From: a virus
Taxonomy: Duplodnaviria > Caudoviricetes
Strand: one strand, 5' to 3'
DNA: 64,000 nucleotides
Virus record (IMG/VR): IMGVR_UViG_2885633469_000002
Location: 1 to 64,000 of that record
The notes beneath the pieces were generated by a model that had not been told where the DNA came from, did no database searches, and was given only the letters and a program-made list of their open reading frames with translations. The first letter of the stretch is position 1, and each line of letters begins with the position of its first letter. Made by a program: the position numbers and the translations under genes. Below are positions 59,734 through 64,000 of this stretch, in pieces.

Positions 59734-60528
59734 TTAAGAAATTTCTTTGAATTTATTCAATTCACTACCAGAAATTAATATCTCATCATATTTATTTGTT
59801 TTTGGAATATGTTGTAAGCAATTAGGTATATCCTCTATTGGAATCATCCCAGAAGCCGACATAGACCAAATTTTAAAACATTCCATCATCCAACTCATAC
59901 GATTAATGTTAAAATCAAACTGATATATAGTCATCTTTTTTATTTCTTCAATTGGTGTTTTTGTTGCAACACTATAAGTGGCTATTTGTTCTTCAAGTGT
60001 AGCCATTTTACCCTTTTGTTTTTTAGCAAAATATTCAATTGCCTTTTCCATGGATTTTTTAACTTCGGGATGTAAGTTTTTAGGTTGGTCTATATACATA
60101 TTATTTTGCTTTAAAATTATTTCTCTTATTTTATCAAATTCCATACCTCTAATAGTCATCACTTTGTTATTTTCTACACTAACAAATATAACAGGTCTTC
60201 CTGTTTTTAAATCTGTAGCAATTGAAAAATCCTGTTCTCTTAATGCTATTTTCAACACCGAAAATAAATCCTCTAATCCATTAGGCAATAATTTATCTCC
60301 ATCTTCATTAACAGCCATACATACCAACGAATTATAGAAATCAAAATATGACATTGTTAAAATTGTAGGGTCATTAAAACTTGCAGAAAACCCTTCTTTA
60401 TCTATCATAATAGAATAAGATTTGTTATAAAAAGTGTCTATATCCTTCATTAACACAGGATATATTTTGATATTTTTATAACATTTATAATCACCCCATA
60501 TATCTCGCAAATCACTTTTATTTTGCAT
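59734..60528 (-). CDS. SPbeta-like tail-region protein
   Basis: IYPV.MKD, FD.IREII..QN, TLEEQI, I..MTIYQF. Confidence 0.6.
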   Translation of the reverse strand: MQNKSDLRDIWGDYKCYKNIKIYPVLMKDIDTFYNKSYSIMIDKEGFSASFNDPTILTMSYFDFYNSLVCMAVNEDGDKLLPNGLEDLFSVLKIALREQDFSIATDLKTGRPVIFVSVENNKVMTIRGMEFDKIREIILKQNNMYIDQPKNLHPEVKKSMEKAIEYFAKKQKGKMATLEEQIATYSVATKTPIEEIKKMTIYQFDFNINRMSWMMECFKIWSMSASGMIPIEDIPNCLQHIPKTNKYDEILISGSELNKFKEIS

Positions 60529-60537
60529 TTTAAATCA

Positions 60538-61077
60538 CTACCTAATATTCATTATTTTAAAAGTGCAGGTGGTTTTTAGATATCTATTTTGAACCTTACC
60601 ACAATCAAAACCTTGTAATTCTAAGTTATTCAATCCGATTTTCAATTGCCTTCCATCAAGTAATTTTCTAATTTTGTTTAGAATCTCGATACTTCTCGAA
60701 ATTCTTTTATTGTTTATATCTATCGCTTCCATACTTTTATGGACATAAATATCTATCATAAAATAATTATCTTCTATACAATAATTATCTCTATTGATAT
60801 CTCCACCCGCAATGTGTATATTTATGATATTTCTCGAATCATTTTGCACATCAAATAAATAATCATATTGAAAAATATTTTCATTATACAAATCTTCATA
60901 AACTTCTTCTTTTGCATAAGGATTGACATAAATTATATTACCATCTTTATCTGTTTCATTTCCGTAATACAAAAGCTTCTTTAAGTCTATTGAATCCTGA
61001 CTATCATCCAAAAGTAATATATTAACTATTTCATAAAATATATCATTGAGATTGTTATTCCCCGTATATTTTTTCAT
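60538..61077 (-). CDS. putative tail terminator/completion protein
   Basis: LKKLLYY, IDIYVH, R..EI...I; position. Confidence 0.55.
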   Translation of the reverse strand: MKKYTGNNNLNDIFYEIVNILLLDDSQDSIDLKKLLYYGNETDKDGNIIYVNPYAKEEVYEDLYNENIFQYDYLFDVQNDSRNIINIHIAGGDINRDNYCIEDNYFMIDIYVHKSMEAIDINNKRISRSIEILNKIRKLLDGRQLKIGLNNLELQGFDCGKVQNRYLKTTCTFKIMNIR

Positions 61078-61096
61078 TGTAATTTTATCCTTTGTT

Positions 61097-61609
61097 TTAC
61101 TTTATTTTTGGCTCTATTATGAATTTAACTGGATTAGTTGTTTTTAAATCAATAGTCTCTATATTATTTTTTATATAGCCTAACATTTTTTCACCACTTA
61201 AAAGAACAGTATTGAAGATTTTTTTATTAGAACCAGTATCTATCATAGTGACATCATATAAATCATTCTCATAAGACAAATCTTCTTTCATTTCTACCAC
61301 AGCCTGATATTTAGATAACTCTTCTTTAGCCTTTTCAACAGTGTCTACAGTAGCTTTATCTACTATTATCTTAATTTTCCCATCTGAACCACAACAAAAC
61401 TTACCTTTGCTATTTTCATCATCTAAAGCACCGTCTTCAATTTCAGTAACTTGTACACCATCTTTAGTTAACACAATAAATCCATCAACTAATGAGGTAT
61501 TTAATTTCATATTTTCATCTAATTGCTTAGACCTAATTACTGCTACATTTGTATAAGTAGTTTTGTCAAAATTATCAAATTCTAATTTATCAATTAACTT
61601 TATTGACAT
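61097..61609 (-). CDS. hypothetical structural-region protein
   Basis: Co-oriented late gene. Confidence 0.6.
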   Translation of the reverse strand: MSIKLIDKLEFDNFDKTTYTNVAVIRSKQLDENMKLNTSLVDGFIVLTKDGVQVTEIEDGALDDENSKGKFCCGSDGKIKIIVDKATVDTVEKAKEELSKYQAVVEMKEDLSYENDLYDVTMIDTGSNKKIFNTVLLSGEKMLGYIKNNIETIDLKTTNPVKFIIEPKIK

Positions 61610-61712
61610 ATCATCACCCTTTCAGTTTTTTTGCATTTTTATCTTTTATTTCCTTTCATTTACTCCATATTACTTCACTTTTCAAGTGTAATTTTGTAAT
61701 AAAATATGAGCT

Positions 61713-62987
61713 TTATATTAATTTTTTTAAAATTATTTCTTGTTCATCAAAACTTAGCCCATCAAGAGTTTTACATTTAATAATAAATTTTTTGCCTATA
61801 TTTTCTTGTTTATTATAAGCTAACAAAACTATACTGTTAGATGTTTTATTTCTAATCTTAACTAACTCGTTGGTATTCTCACTTAAAACACTCCATTCAA
61901 CTACTCCATCAACCTTATTACCTTTACTATTATACAGTTCTACTGTCCATTTAGATAACTTCCCTATCTTCATAAAATCATTTCCGATAATATTACAAGT
62001 GCCACTATGTACACTTGTATCTGTAATTTGTATTGGAATATTAATAATTTGCTTATCATAACAAACCTGTATATTCGTATCACCTTTTGACAAACTTGTT
62101 ATTATTCCATTTTCTATTTTTGCAATTATACCATCAACTTTATAGGTAATTTTATTTAATTCTTCTTGTGATAATATTTCTTTATTTCCCTGAAATAGTT
62201 TAGGATTTAATTGATAAGTTTTATTAATTTCTAGTTGAATAGTTTTGTTGTCTATTTGCAATTTTATAGGTTCTTCTTTTTTTAAATGAGAGTTATCTGC
62301 TAAGTTATTTTTAAAATCATCAAGATTATGTTTTTCCTGCTCTCTAATTAATGTTAATTTTAATAAACCATTTTTCTCGTTGACTTGCTTAAAAGTAAAA
62401 TCATCTATTAACGAAACAGAAAATATACTATTATTATTGAACATAAGTCTTTGCTGTAATTGTATTTTTTTTGTCAAATCATTATAAGGTATTAAAATAC
62501 TTCTTTGGTCATTGCTTAGTATAAATTGTTTTTCTTCTAATCCATCCGAATATAGTGTTGCATTACTTAATATACAAGGATATTGATATACTTTATTTTT
62601 ATATTCAAAAATTATAACGTTATTACAAGGTTTAATTATTAAAGTCTTATGAGATGATATTGTATTTTTTTCTTCAAAAACAATCATATATAATTGTTTA
62701 TTCCAAAGTATCAAATCGCCTACACTATTTGTTTCATCATGTTTACAACAAAGTATTTTACAGTCAATATTTTGTGAATCATTAAAATGATAATCCTGTA
62801 TAGTACATAGAATTTTTTTGTTTAATGAAGTATTATTATCTTTATACATTTCTACTTCATATTTATTTGGTGCATTATTTAAATAATATTCAAAATTTTC
62901 TTTTTCCTGTTTTATTAATTGTTCTTGGGAGGTTATACCGGATACTATTGATTTTCTTCTATACTTATTTAAATAAGAATAATCCAT
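61713..62987 (-). CDS. putative head-closure protein with Ig-like C-terminal domains
   Basis: GDLI.W, I.PCN, YPCI, D...NNLAD, then Ig-like region. Confidence 0.6.
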   Translation of the reverse strand: MDYSYLNKYRRKSIVSGITSQEQLIKQEKENFEYYLNNAPNKYEVEMYKDNNTSLNKKILCTIQDYHFNDSQNIDCKILCCKHDETNSVGDLILWNKQLYMIVFEEKNTISSHKTLIIKPCNNVIIFEYKNKVYQYPCILSNATLYSDGLEEKQFILSNDQRSILIPYNDLTKKIQLQQRLMFNNNSIFSVSLIDDFTFKQVNEKNGLLKLTLIREQEKHNLDDFKNNLADNSHLKKEEPIKLQIDNKTIQLEINKTYQLNPKLFQGNKEILSQEELNKITYKVDGIIAKIENGIITSLSKGDTNIQVCYDKQIINIPIQITDTSVHSGTCNIIGNDFMKIGKLSKWTVELYNSKGNKVDGVVEWSVLSENTNELVKIRNKTSNSIVLLAYNKQENIGKKFIIKCKTLDGLSFDEQEIILKKLI

Positions 62988-63005
62988 ATTCGTACTTTCC
63001 CCTCC

Positions 63006-63437
63006 CTATTTATATTTTAAGTCATTGTAGGTATAACTAATTATATAATTTTTTAAGTTTCTTCTAGTTTTTTCTTCTAAATTGTTTAATTTATCTAATG
63101 TTTGCCAATTAGAACTTAATTTAAAATCTCTATCTCCTAACGATTGCCTTATAAGTTGTAATCTTTGTACTTGTGGTTGTAACCAATGTAACACCATTCC
63201 TAAACTAAGAATATAAATCTCTTCCAAATCTAACTCTATTTCAAATTTTTGTTTTTCCTTGTTTAAATTCTTTATTAAATTTTTTTTACATTTTTTAAAA
63301 TCTACTATTGAATTTTCTAAATAATTAAATAAGAAAGATTCTATGTCTTCATTTTCTAATTTCAACAAATCAGTATCATCTATCTGTGCTAAGAATTTAT
63401 CATAAATTCTTTGAAATGAAGTAGCCAAATTAGCCAC
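63006..63437 (-). CDS. putative head-tail adaptor
   Basis: T.F..IYD.FL..I.D, F...L...EI.IL..GM...WL, DF..SS; SPbeta-like position. Confidence 0.6.
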   Translation of the reverse strand: MANLATSFQRIYDKFLAQIDDTDLLKLENEDIESFLFNYLENSIVDFKKCKKNLIKNLNKEKQKFEIELDLEEIYILSLGMVLHWLQPQVQRLQLIRQSLGDRDFKLSSNWQTLDKLNNLEEKTRRNLKNYIISYTYNDLKYK

Positions 63438-63442
63438 CTCCT

Positions 63443-63988
63443 TTATTCAACTACACTTAAATCTAATTGCAGTTTTTCTTCTAATAAATCTATAATTCTA
63501 ATATCATATAACTCTCTATTTTCAATCATTTTCCTAGCCTTTGAAGCCAAAATATTTCTTGCTCCTAAAGGAAGCTTCTCTAATTTTTCAGATATTTTGT
63601 TTAAAGGTTGTCTAAAAAATTCTTCTAAATTTTCTATTGGAACTATTGAATTATAGAGACTTTCTAATCCTAAATATTTTATCGCAGAAGGGTTATCATC
63701 TATAACTAACCAAGGTTCAAATAGAAAAACTGGTTTAGATGCTTTCATACTTAACAATTCTCCATATTCAATATATTGTTCAGCACCATAATCATCAAAA
63801 CGCCACGTTGCCCCACTTCTTTCAGATACATAAGTTAATCCACCTACGACTACACTTCTACATGTTATCATTTCATCCCTATTAGGCGGTTTTAGCTCCT
63901 TTTTCTTTGTAGTTGTATTTGTTTTTTCTTTAACATCTACGTTTACCACTTTTGCATCTGTATCTTTAACTTCTTTTTTTGTTGCCAT
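63443..63988 (-). CDS. SPbeta-like head-region protein
   Basis: GGLTY.S...G..W.F..YG....I.YGEL..MK; lies just upstream of the adaptor. Confidence 0.6.
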   Translation of the reverse strand: MATKKEVKDTDAKVVNVDVKEKTNTTTKKKELKPPNRDEMITCRSVVVGGLTYVSERSGATWRFDDYGAEQYIEYGELLSMKASKPVFLFEPWLVIDDNPSAIKYLGLESLYNSIVPIENLEEFFRQPLNKISEKLEKLPLGARNILASKARKMIENRELYDIRIIDLLEEKLQLDLSVVE

Positions 63989-64000
63989 TTAAAAATTCTC

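Noticed and set aside
26910-63040. + strand ORFs within the - arm (e.g. 52887-53375, 49242-49577, 56599-56826, 59978-60337)
   Set aside because: Antisense shadows rich in F/L/S/I; 56599-56826 begins inside the antitoxin repeat.
1-64000. tRNA/rRNA genes, introns/inteins, neurotoxin genes
   Set aside because: None recognised by eye; gyrA, gyrB and the ligase appear uninterrupted. A tRNAscan/Infernal run would be needed to exclude small RNAs.

Overview
This very AT-rich window looks like a 64-kb piece of a large SPbeta-like/c-st-like siphovirus or phage-plasmid of a Clostridium host. The host is inferred from protein families and sigma-A-type promoters. There are two convergent arms that meet at about 24.9 kb. 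The + arm (1-24.8 kb) is early/DNA-metabolism: the end of a C5 methyltransferase, many small ORFs (several broken), an ATP-dependent ligase, an SPL-like radical SAM protein, Dam-like and Eco57I-like adenine methyltransferases, a two-subunit type IIA topoisomerase, a divergent FolD, a dNMP kinase, RusA and a DUF2325-like moron. The - arm (64-25 kb) is late: head-tail connectors, tail tube, a moron block with a type III (TenpIN-like) toxin-antitoxin locus, tape measure, Dit, Tal, baseplate/fibre genes, a modular adhesin array, a HicA-type TA pair, lysis genes and two tyrosine recombinases. The best candidate for an undescribed system is a radical SAM/SPASM enzyme plus two CxC/CN-repeat Cys-rich proteins embedded between Tal and the baseplate genes, with no exporter or protease, which suggests RiPP-like modification of virion parts. 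Other highlights are a type III antitoxin array with a covarying divergent middle unit, recurrent TAAAA-N6-TTTTA sites between early genes, a GyrA with substitutions at both quinolone-resistance positions, and an endolysin with an internal restart. All calls come from motif recognition; no database search was run.
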